Positions 50,301 to 61,390 of a stretch of 64,000 bases of DNA are shown in pieces. A model generated the notes under the pieces. That model ran no database searches, had not been told where the DNA came from, and worked only from the letters and a program-made list of their open reading frames with translations. The translations under genes and the position numbers were made by a program. Source of the DNA: Eledone cirrhosa (taxonomy: Eukaryota); the NCBI GenBank assembly GCA_964016885.1, contig OZ024742.1, positions 227,850,001 to 227,914,000 on the forward strand, in the 5' to 3' direction. Within the stretch, counting starts at the first letter, position 1, and each line of letters opens with the position of its first letter.

Positions 50301-53250
50301 CTCAAGGGCACCCTTGTGTGCCATTGTGCACTCATCCCAAACAATGAGGCAACATTTTTTGAGAACCAGAGCTTCGTGTGAACTCATGCTGATATTGCAT
50401 GTTGGTGTCTCAGTTTTTACTAAATCCAAGGGGAGTTTAAAGGTTGAATGTGCTGTCCTGCCTCCCGGCAGCAAAGTAGCAGCGATCCCGGACGATGCAA
50501 CAGCCAACGCAATTTTTTTCTCCTGACGAATCTTAGCGAGAATCAATTTCATTACAAAAGTTTTTCCGGTACCCCCAGGAGCATCGAGAAAGTAAGTACC
50601 CCCAGTCTGATTTTGGACCGCGTCAATGATAGTTAAATAGGCCAACCTTTGGTCCAACAGAAGTTTGGGCTCATTTTCCTCTAAGTATTGGGAAAGAGAT
50701 TCAATGTCATATGCTGTTTCTCACAATAAATCCGGGGCCAACGTGTTAGCTTCCTCTCTGACAGTTGACGGCAAGCCATATGTCGCCAACTCACTCCCAC
50801 CCATGTCGAGGAGGGCATCCTCGATATCAATGAGTGCCCTGTTGTAGATAATGTCACTGTAACCAACTTCCACTGAAGGATACTGCAGATGAGCCAGGCG
50901 TAGGAAGTCCTCAGACATGAAGTCTCTGTACTTGACCCATAAAGATTTGCGATCACCCACATCACACTTTTGAAGCAAAATGGCAAAGAGTTCCCGTAGA
51001 CCTTTAGGTGATTTCAACAAAGCACCCTCTGCTAAAGTGGAATCCCATTGTGAATCATCTTCCAAAAGACCACGCTTAAAGCAGGCTTCCGGTACGTATC
51101 ACATATTTCTCCATCAACAGTTTTGAGGTCCTGAAAACTTTGTGGGCCTACAACTTCATGCAGAAGAAGGCGGAGATGAAAGCACTCATGCTGACTTGGG
51201 GGCACAGTGTAAACCCTTCCAAAACAGCTGTCAAATTTTAAACCAGGATGTCTTTCAATAGCCTGACCTGACTTTCTTCGCACCCAAGTGTTTTTCGACC
51301 ATATAAAGTAGGATGGAACCTGGGAGTACACAATTGTTTGCGCAAATGTATCAAACTGGCAAAGTTTGAAGAAACCCGTCAGAGTGGTCTCTTTCGGATC
51401 AGCGGCCAGCTTGGTGGCGGTTTGGTCCGTAAAGTAAACCCTTTGCCCATTTTCCAAATGTACTGCAAGCTGTACGATGGCGGGGTGACGTTGGTGTAGG
51501 GATAAACCAAATAGGCACCAAAAAGCTTCATTGCTACTGATGTACCGCCCCGCCAGGTATTCTGTGACCTCGTCCCTGCTATTTTCAGCTTGAAATGCGA
51601 ACATTGCGGCATCAGAGCCCTTATTTACATATTTGCATATGTATTTTATCGACCTGACGGAGTTGCAAAACTCAACGTTGATGTGGGCGTTGAACATCTT
51701 CAAGACAAGCAGGCAGTAAGGGACCACCCATCTATTGTCGACTTGACCTCCCTTTACTGTTGTGGTGAAGCCACCGTTCTCGGGCCATCTCCGCCATCAC
51801 CAGTCTGAGTCTGGTCAACAAATAATTTTTTGGGGTATCCCTTACTGCACGACCCCCCCCCCCTTCAGACACGTGTGATGCTCATTAGGACCCGATGCAC
51901 ATGGACCATGTTAGCTTTGACGATGTCATGTAATTCCTGGTCAGTTGCTGGGTTAGGGATTTCAGCCGAAATGAAGCTGTCTATGGCATTTGAATTGATT
52001 TTATCAGCTAACCAAATCAAAATGTGAGCATGTGGCAGCCCTCGTTTTTGCCATTCGACGGTGAACATGTCACATTTTACAGCCCCAAATACCTGACCCT
52101 TTTTGATTAAAGCCATGAGTTTAGCCAGTTTCAGTCTGAACACTCTGGCAATGAGGTCATGTCTGTTCGAATAATTTTGCCCAGGAAAAAGTTCACGGGT
52201 TACATTCCGCTTCATATGTCTATAGCATTAATCTGTTATATGAAGTGTTATTTTGCGGGTTGTTATTTGCAATAAGCCGATTGAAAATGCCCCAGATAAG
52301 CCGTATGTCAATATGGAACGCTCCACTGCAGTGTTGTCATATAGGGAGTGAAGAGCGACAGAGAGAGTAAAGCAGTTAAATTATAGAGAGGGGGAATGAT
52401 CATGATCGATTTTTGCCCTTATTGTTGATGGATTTGAATTTTTCTTTCTTCATGACCTTTTCCTGACCAAAAGCATTAATTGTCCCAACTTTGAATAGAA
52501 TCCGTTGGAAATTGTGGACGTGAATCCGTTACAAACCTTAACACACACATCCTCAGATTTATATATATAGATAGACTCAAACAGCTCCAACTGCCATTTT
52601 ATGGAAGATGAGAAGGATCTGGATTTCACATTGGACACGTGGAGAGAAACTAAAGGAAACAATTAGTTTCTGCCAATTCAAGATGTTGTTTGATAGGAAG
52701 ATGTTCTTCAGCAGCTTGGAGAGAGCATGGCAAAACAGGTCCAAGCTTTCTTTGCCCAGAGGCCAGTGGCAAAATCCTCAACAGGGATTTGAACGTCAAA
52801 GCTAAGTTCTGACCTGCGAAGTAAGTCAGAGTTGAGATGGCATTGGTTACACGTCTAGTTTGAGAAACCTTAGTAATGCCAAAGCAGTTCCTGTGATAGC
52901 TTAGGCTACAAGAGTGACATTTAATGATCTTTAAATATCGACTTGTATGAGTCAAAGAACAGTTTGGTGGTGACTAGGTGGCATCAGAGGGGTCAGCATT
53001 ATAAGTAGGATTCAAACAGGGAGAAGATTGGGTTAATGCTTGGATGGTGGGTAGGTGGCGTTTGAGGCTAGCTAGCTGTCATGGGAGTGGTAGAGAGGAG
53101 AGATAGGGGATACAAGATAGCTCCCCTAGAATGAGACGGGGCTGGTGAGGAACATGAAGACAAAGGCAAATAAGGTGTTACCAAATCCTTGAACCATGTA
53201 GGTCTTCTGGTCATTTGACGAATGACCTTAAAATAAGTTAGATTTAAATG
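47345..53250 (-). mobile_element. Degenerate CRE-like non-LTR element (RT and restriction-like endonuclease), split by a Helitron at 48991-52571
   Basis: LKLDLRNAFNSI, GVQQGEPL and WCLDD (RT). CHCG..GCHGLSC, HSKLNLII, PAGLSRSDRKRLYG..IWD (RLE). Continuation past 52572 is inferred from weak similarity. Confidence 0.65.
48991..52571 (-). mobile_element. Helitron with both termini, internally deleted and frameshifted Rep/PIF1 helicase
   Basis: 5' A|TCTATATAT at 52571. 3' hairpin CCCAAGCAACGCCGGG then CTAG|T at 48991. EWQKRGLPHAH (HUH) and IKYICKYVNKG. The 450-aa helicase ORF 49305-50657 has GGTGKT, DE, GDFRQ, AMSINKSQGQ and QLYVACSR. Confidence 0.92.
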
Positions 53251-53931
53251 GTGAAATTTGTTTAACTGACCATCAATGTTAAATCTACCATTGGATGGGC
53301 ATGTAAAAGGGATGTGTGAACCATGGGAATAGGAAGTTGGGAGCAAGCTAAAACAAAGAAATGAATTCTGTGTTTGTAGGGAAATGTGTGTAAGGTGTTG
53401 AAATGAATGTTGTGTATATGTAAACTTTTAAAACAGTGAATTCGATAAGTGTAAAAACAGTGCAAAAATAGAACAGTGAGATATTAAAACATTGAAGAGA
53501 AAAAGTTAAAACTGAAAAGGAATTTTGAGATGTACCAAAAATGAGGAAATGTGAGTGAGATGTTGTGTGTGTGTAAATATTTAAAACAGTACCAAAAAGA
53601 GTGGAGGAAAATATATACATAATTGTTTCTACTTTTGGCACAGGGCCAGCAATAACCCAGTGCATTACTGGTACTTTATTTTAGCGACCCCGTAAGGATG
53701 AAAGGCAAAGTCAATGAAACACGTGTCACGCATGATTACGAATAAAATGTTAAACTGAAATTTCGATCTCTCATTCTTTATATATATATATATATATATA
53801 TATACAGGATGTCCCCAAAAATGTATACACACTTCAACAGCATTCTAATAAATATTGCTTGTACAAGTAATCAAAGTATGTATCCATTTTTGGGGGACAA
53901 TGTGTGTGTGTGTATATATATATATATATCT

Positions 53932-54385
53932 CTAAGGCGGGTAAAACTCCTGAGATCCATGGACGAGTTCTCTCCAGCGGTCTCTGTCCCTCATTATCGC
54001 TGCCATGTCCTGCGTCTCCAACAGACCAGTGTCTGTCCTTAGGGCATCAACATACGTTAACCTTGGTCTTCTTCTTCTAGTGTGTCCATGAAGGGGCTCC
54101 CAAAGGAGCACTGAGTGCAATGTCAACTCTGGATGTCGGTGAGCATGTCCAGCTAACCTCAGTCTCCTCTGTGTCACTTTTGAGCTGACTTTTGGGATGC
54201 TCCCATACAGCTCTGAGTTTTTCATCCTCAGTGTATACTGATTAATGTTCAGAGCCATCTTCAGCATTCTCGTGTAGCACCCATCCACCATCTGAGTGAG
54301 TTTCTTGGTCAGTGTCCAAGTCTCAGACCCATACAGCAGCACAGACTCCACTACAGCAATGAAGAGGCGGATTTTCAGGTCTCTG
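53932..54385 (-). mobile_element. 3' fragment of a second RTE-group LINE family, inserted in (TA)n
   Basis: VESVLLYGSETW..RRLRLAGH..LLWEP..RPRLTY. (TA)n on both flanks. Confidence 0.8.
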
Positions 54386-55135
54386 CATATATATATATAT
54401 ATAACGAAGGAAGTGTTGTAAGGAACCAGATGGACCATAACGCACCAGAGTACTGTGGTTGTTATTGGTTTTAACCAAAATGTTCTTATTGAAATTGGTA
54501 ATTTTTACAAGATAGACGTGATTCATAATATAAATACGTAAATAAATACACGCGTAAATATATGAAATGGCTAAATATAAGAGAGAGAGAGTGTATGTGA
54601 GAGAGACAGACTCTAATAACAATATGAACATAACTGAATGAATAACCTTTTACATGGTCGCTCAATCTGCTAGATATAGCAGCAAAATCTCACTCAAATA
54701 ACACCCTACTGTCTTATAGAGGGACGAGATACATTGGATAATAAACTTAGGGTAGTAGAGTGGGTAATAGGAAAATGTTTAACCCCGACGGCAGAGCTCA
54801 AGCCATTAGTCCAGAAATAGCCGTCGAAATGGCTTGAGCTCTGCCGTTGGGGTTAAACATTTTCCCATATAAACGGAAAAAATGAAACGAAATTTCATTT
54901 CCCACTCTTAGTACGGCTGTTACTTAAATATAAGTATGTACGCGTACATACATATATGCATACAGACGTACAGTAGTATGTATATATATAAACATACCTG
55001 CACACATATATATATGTACGTATGGATTCACCAAACATTTATTATAATGCTCGGTGTGTTTGTAAACAAACATCCCGTATTAAGCCGTAGTGTCTAGCAA
55101 CCATCGTTGCTCGTTTGTTCAACACTGACAAAGGA

Positions 55136-55178
55136 ACGCTGTACTAGTTTCAAGCTTATTAGCTATCGTCAGCAACGT
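55136..55178 (-). ncRNA. Minimal type I hammerhead ribozyme (mirror copy)
   Basis: Exact reverse complement of 55273-55315. Confidence 0.75.
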
Positions 55179-55272
55179 ATACCTTCCTGCCAGATTGTTG
55201 AACGTATATACTTACCTTATGCATATTAACGGCTGAGTAGCTCAATCGTTCAACAATCTGGCAGGAAGGTAT

Positions 55273-55315
55273 ACGTTGCTGACGATAGCTAATAAGCTTG
55301 AAACTAGTACAGCGT
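55273..55315 (+). ncRNA. Minimal type I hammerhead ribozyme
   Basis: acgttg-CTGACGA-t-agct(aata)agct-t-GAAA-ctag-TA-cagcgt: 6-bp stem I (one G-U), palindromic stem III loop ACTAGT. Confidence 0.75.
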
Positions 55316-55615
55316 TCCTTTGTCAGTGTTGAACAAACGAGCAACGATGGTTGCTAGACACTACGGCTTAATACGGGATGTTTGTTTACAAACACACCAA
55401 GCATTATAATAAATGTTCGGTGAATCCATACGTACATATATATATGTATGCATGTATGTATATATATATACATACTACTGTACGTCTGTATACATATATG
55501 TATGTACGTGTACATACTTATATATATATTTTTTTTACCCGGGTTCAATCGAGGATAACCACAGTAAGTAAGGTACTCAATACATAGCAGAGTATAAATA
55601 TTTAATATAGAAATG

Positions 55616-55664
55616 GCTTCTACAGGACTAGAACTGTTTCATTCGGGAGAAATCATCAGGAAGC
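55616..55664 (-). ncRNA. Type I hammerhead ribozyme of a different sequence family
   Basis: gcttc-CTGATGA-t-ttc(tccc)gaa-t-GAAA-cag(ttctagtc)ctg-TA-gaagc: all three stems pair, GUA cleavage triplet. Confidence 0.7.
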
Positions 55665-57659
55665 ACTTCGGAATTTGCCCCAGTTCGGTTCCGGATTCGC
55701 ATTAAACTGGAGCTTGAAGCAGTCGTCCAAAGAGTCCTTTCTTAATCTATGATGGTATGAGACTTGAAAGAAATTTGGCTATTTCTAACTAGTCAAGCAA
55801 CCGCATGGAGGTTTTAATTCCTTCACTCGAAGTAAACATATTTGTGGTTGTTATTGGTTTTACCCAAAATGTTCTTGTTGAAATTGGTAATTTTTACAAG
55901 ATAGACGTGATTCATAATAATAAACACGTAAATAAATACACGCGTAATATATGAAATGGCTAAATATAAGAGAGAGAGAGAGTGTATGTGAGAGAGACAG
56001 ACTCTAATAACAATATGAACATAACTGAATGAATAACCTTTTACATGGTCGCTCAATCTGCTAGATATAGCAGCGAAATCTCACTCAAATAACACCCTAC
56101 TGTCTTATAGAGGGACGAGATACATTGGATAATAAACGTTCTACAGGCATTGCTTAGATTAAAATTTTAGCTAATTCATATTTTCCACGCCGTTATACAT
56201 CCCTAACCCATTCATTCATTCGTTACACATATTCGCCATCAAGTTAGAACAAAGACAAAACGTTTATTGCCCCACACACGCACAAATACAATTTTTTTCT
56301 TGTTTTTATCACTGCAAATTAAACTGAAATCTATGATGTATAAATATAATTATGATAATGATGCACTTATTTAGTACCATAGATCCATCAGAACGAAACA
56401 TCTCCATGAAGTTATAATGAATTTTGAAATTGAATAAAATACGAGAACTTTCCAGAAGAAAAGAAAAAAAAGGATAATTAAAACAACAGCATCTAAAATG
56501 TTTCTGAAAATGAAACACTACCATATTAATGCGTTCATTATTGAATACATTTTACTTTCATTGAAAGCATTATTTTGTTCTACAATAGAGCTGAATATAT
56601 GTAGTCCTACTTTGTGCCTGAAGAAAATTATAAAACAGACAGGGTGGTCACTTCTAGAAGAGTTTCTTAGATATGTTCACTTGTAGAAGGTTGACCGCAA
56701 TGGCAGCGAAGTGAGTTATGAATGAAACGCAATGACTTTATAAAGAAAAAATCCTACATTATATGTGCGAGGAAATAACATAAGCAGGGTGATCACCTCT
56801 AGAGGACCTTCTTAGATCATATATTCACCCTATTAAGATTAAATAACTGTTTCTACGTTAGGCACAAGGCCAGCAATTGCACAGTGTATTACAAATAACG
56901 CCGTAACGACAGAAATGAGTTATGTATGATGCGAAATAATTTTATAAACATACACACATTATATCTAATATATAAAACGAAAGCCATGTATTTACATATG
57001 TAACTGTGCTGGTGTTTATAGTTTTTAAAGAGCTGCAATAAATAAAGCCAATGGTGGCTTTTTTTCAATTTACAAAGACCAAAGCTTTCTACACACACAT
57101 ATGCCGTGTGTAAATATATATATACCGTTATTTGATGGAATCGGACCCTGACACAACAGGAAGTTACTTGGATCCATGTTGGAATAAGACGAAATGTAAT
57201 TTCACTACATCGAAGATCGATGCAATTAGCTTGTAACTCCGAGGGTACACAACCTCCGTTTTTCAGAAAATGAAGTCATTTGCGAGTAAGCCGGAATGTC
57301 AGATCCAATGAAAACAAGAAAAAAACCTAGAGAAGAGAAAAATTCTCATCGAGGGTAACTCTGAAGGTCCCCTCGCCCATTCGGCTTTTGGAAAGAAAAA
57401 TGATTGCGAGCATGATTAATTGAAAACACGAAAAAAAAAATGTCTTAGCGTACCCCAGCAGGTACTTTTCTATAAATTTACACACACGCACGCACACACA
57501 CACACCTAACTTTTCACCCTCAGTTCTTTCTTTCCTGTTAAAGGACTAACATCGATACATCTTTTTTCATTTCATAATGCAAAACTAATAGCACTTTTGT
57601 AATTTTTTACATATTTGTTTTTTTGTTTTTATTTTTGACTTTGCATCTGACAGAAAGGA

Positions 57660-58370
57660 GTGATTGGAAGGAACAGCGATCCCGATCTAAATACGAATGG
57701 AAAGGTCTTCTCAGACTTATGGTCTAGTTATGATCACATTTCCAGCACAAAGACATCCATACACATGGTATTAAGGAAATCAGGGACAGAGGTCAGTTTT
57801 GATGTTGTTATTGTCTCTGATCTCTTCGATTTTGTGCTGAATGTTCGTTTTAAGAGAAGGGTTGAGTTACAGGATAGAGTGGGAAACGCTGGCTAATAAG
57901 GTAGTCAGGACCAGGTATGCAGATACTATTCTATCTAAATTCAGAGAAATCCCTGAGCAACCTGAGGACGTTGAAACGGAGTGGGGACTGCTCAGCTTAA
58001 ATGATGCAAGTGAAAGTGACATGGTACTCGGTGACATGAGGAATCCTTGGTTCAATCAAGAGCTCAAAGATGTTATCTGAATAGAGAATGAGGCTTACAA
58101 AGCTTGGCTTGAAAATAAGTCGTTGCAGACACAAAAAGGAGAACTTGCAGATGCAAAAAGTTGCAGCAGAGACAGTTAAGATGTGGGAAGATTTTAGATA
58201 AGCTGGAATCTGACTTTAGATCAGCAAATAAAGTATTCTAGCAGACCATCCACTGACTTTGTAATAAGAAGTTGCCCTCCACGCCTGCTGTCAGGAATGC
58301 ATCTGAAGTTCTTCTCTCTTTAAAGAGGTGTATCCGTGCGAGGTGGAGAGAATATTTTTCTAATCTCCTA
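57660..58370 (+). mobile_element. Degenerate RTE-group (Rex3/Expander-like) LINE fragment
   Basis: VIGRNSDPDLNTNG, IPEQPEDVETEW and NPWFNQELKDVI resemble the endonuclease/tether region. Confidence 0.55.
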
Positions 58371-58388
58371 TATATATATATATATATA

Positions 58389-59277
58389 TGAAAAAATGGG
58401 GAGAAGAATACTGCAGGTTGCACATGGATAACATGTAATAAAATAAGTCCCTCATCAGTGATTTGCCCACGATCATAGATATTTCATTGCATTAAAAATC
58501 ATATACCTCACGTCGGTGCAATAATAACTAAATTAAGTTATTAGGACAATTAAAACGCATAAAGCGAGTGAGACAAGATAACAACAAAGAGGAGAGCTAA
58601 CTGTAGAAGGAAGGGAACAAGCTTCATAGTTATTCTGTTAGCATAAGCTAGGAGAATATATGAGCGCTTAGAAAAAAGACCTTTCGGGAACGAATTCAAA
58701 TGTGAGAAAGAGAGAAAATGTTTTCGTCGTGAACGGGGTGAAGTGAGAAGAGGAGAAACAGTGAGTGAGTGAGTGAGTGGAAGTGTGAGGAAGAGTTAAC
58801 TGACATGACAGAGGGGGCGAAAGAAAGTAGGAGAAACAGAGAGAACGAGGGAGCAGTAAGAGAGAGAGAGAAAAAAACAGAATCGCAGTTTAGGTAAATA
58901 TATGTGAAAAAATGGGGAGAAGAATACTGCAGGTCGCACATGGATAACATGTAATAAAATAAGTCCCTCATCAGTGATTTGCCGACGATCATAGATATTT
59001 CATTGCATTAAAAATCATTTACTTCACGTCGGTGCAATAATAACTAAATTAAGTTATTAGGACAATTAAAACGCGTAAAGCGAGTGAGACAAGATAACAA
59101 CAAAGAGGAGAGCTAACCGTAGAAGGAAGGGAACAAGCTTCATAGTTATTCTGTTAGCATAAGCTAGGTGAATATATGAGCGCTTAGAAAAAAGACCTTT
59201 CGGGAACGAATTCAAATGTGAGAAAGAGAGAAAATGTTTTCGTCGCGAACGGGGTGAAGTGAGAAGAGGAGAAACAG
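58389..59277. repeat. Direct repeat of about 372 bp (58389-58760 and 58905-59277) between (TA)n runs
   Basis: tgaaaaaatggggagaagaatactgcagg...gaggagaaacag is present twice. Confidence 0.9.
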
Positions 59278-59294
59278 ATATATATATATATATA

Positions 59295-60410
59295 TCATCA
59301 TCATCATTACCATTTACGTCTATTTTCCATGCCTGATAAGTTAGACAGGTTGTCAATTTCTAAGACTAGACAGGTCAGATGACCACGTCTGAGTGCCTTT
59401 TTCGTGGCACCAGCACTTCCACTTTCCAGTGTGGGCTGAGTGTATTGTGGAACCAGGACTACCACATTTCAACTCTATGGTGCTTGTATCCTTCACTATG
59501 ATGGGAGGGGAGTGATGGATGAGAGTTGGGTGTAGGCTACCTGCAGCTAGAACATGGAGTGAGGGGTGGTGTTAATGGAAGTGAGTGAAGTCTGGCAGTA
59601 TAGTTGGGTGTGCCCAGCTTTCCATGACAAAGTAAGGATAAATTTGGCAGTATGAATCTGGGAAAAGGACGAGTAAGTGTTGAGTTGGGTGGTCATGGAG
59701 AAAGAAAGGGTGAGAAGTGGCATCTGGCAGCACAGTGATAATGCACCCATCTTTATATTGCAGCATGAGAGAGGAGGAATAAGGGATGTAATTGAGGGGA
59801 AGACAAAGATGATGTAAGATGAAGTATGTGGTGGGAGTGGGGAAAGCAAGTGTGCAAGAGGAAAGACTAGGTAGGGAGAATAGATAGTGAGGAAGGGTTA
59901 TGGAACGGGACAGCTTAAGTATTGTTACATCTTTCTGCCTTTTATAACCATCCTCCCCATACTCATTTTGTGAGGATGCAAGTCTTCTGTAGTACAGCAT
60001 ATCACCTGTCAACTCAATCCTGTGTCATCTCAGTGAGGTCCAACATTTTTAAGCTACTCTTTATCACTTCATGTCATGTTTAGCTAGGACCTCCTTTTCT
60101 ATAAGTTCCCTTGACTAAGGGCCTTGTGCTGCTCTCATTCTTCATATGCATCACATAGCCATACCAACAGAGTCTTCTTTCTTGTACACTGACTCCAATC
60201 TCACTTATGCCCAGTTTTTCTCTCAGCACATTAATGTTTTATTGTTCTTGCATATTACTATTACACATCCATTGGAACATGTTTGCCTCATTTCTTTCCA
60301 GTTTTCGCAAAACCTCTGTGCTCAATGTCTAACTCTTGCTTCCATAGATCATTGCAGTTCCCATACAGTCATCATACAATCTGCCTTTCACTCTGCAAGA
60401 AAACTCTTTT
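59295..60410 (-). mobile_element. Highly degenerate RTE LINE 3' portion
   Basis: (CAT)n tail with RTE 3'UTR at 59295-59460. Decayed KGRLYD and RLCWYG remnants at about 60130-60400. Confidence 0.55.
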
Positions 60411-61188
60411 ATATTATATGTAGATATAGATAATTAATATAAAAGATGTCCGTCAATGTAAAAAAGGTCCCTATTTACTTGAAATGGTTTATACAAATGC
60501 CAAATTAATATGGATATGGATAACATGCTTATCTATAAGTGGTCAGCTATAATAATAAAACAACAAATTATATGACACAAAAATTTATTCAGTAATTTCC
60601 AGGCTCTTAGCACTGTATAATAGACAGTCAATGTTGCCCAGAGTTCAACTCGGGGAGGTGGCCTGGTTTGAACTCCAAATGGCGGGTCCTTCTACTTCGA
60701 AAATAGAATGTTTTCAATATTACTCTAGCCCTGGCTGGCCATAGGATCCAACCTTTTTGCCAGACTCAGCATATGATGAGGTTTTATTACCATCGCAATC
60801 AGAAGCGACGCACGCAAACTTACACATGCACACTCACATATCTTGATAGTTTTTACTTTTTGTGGAACACTGCATGCGCGCGCACACATATAAACATACG
60901 CGCACGTACATACACACACACACATGTTAATAGTTATTGCTTTCCTTCCCCTCTTATTTCCACACACGTCTCTACACTGACACATATACATAGTGTATCC
61001 AAACACAGCGTTCACTTTGCCTCTCTGTTTCTTACTCTCCCCTGTCACTCCCTCATTGGCATTATGCATATTAATTTAAGTTTGCCGTCGTTGAGGTGGG
61101 CAGAGTTGTTTGAAACCTATGAACCAATGATAATCGAGAATTATGACACACGGAATACTGACATTGTTGAAATTAATATATAGATAGA

Positions 61189-61390
61189 CTAGCTGACGTA
61201 CCCAGCTTCACCTGGGTAAACAGATAAGAGAAAACAGGTAAAAGAGAAAATGATTGTATTGGATGTTTGTCTGGTTACAGTATGAGGCGAGTCCGTGGTG
61301 TCTGTGTGATACAAAAAACAGTAAAAAAAAATCTTCCAGATATACCAGATTCTTCGTTGTACCGTTTGTGCATAGTATATGAACAATTCT
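61189..61390 (-). mobile_element. Helitron 3' terminus (non-autonomous remnant)
   Basis: Minus strand ACCCAGGTGAAGCTGGGT hairpin followed by acgtcagCTAG|T. Confidence 0.55.

Larger units (their letters stand above)
54927..55525. repeat. Long inverted repeat, arms about 280 bp, spacer about 40 bp (55207-55247)
   Basis: About 54927-55206 is the reverse complement of about 55248-55525, with scattered mismatches in the outer (TA/CA)-rich part. Confidence 0.93.
54454..56137. repeat. Direct repeats of about 290 bp (54454-54746 and 55843-56137) enclosing a hairpin, a ~600-bp palindrome and hammerhead motifs
   Basis: tgtggttgttattggtttt...gatacattggataataaac is present twice with few differences. 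Confidence 0.9.

Noticed and set aside
49305-50657. Host PIF1 helicase gene
   Set aside because: Intronless, contiguous with a frameshifted HUH Rep domain and bounded by Helitron termini.
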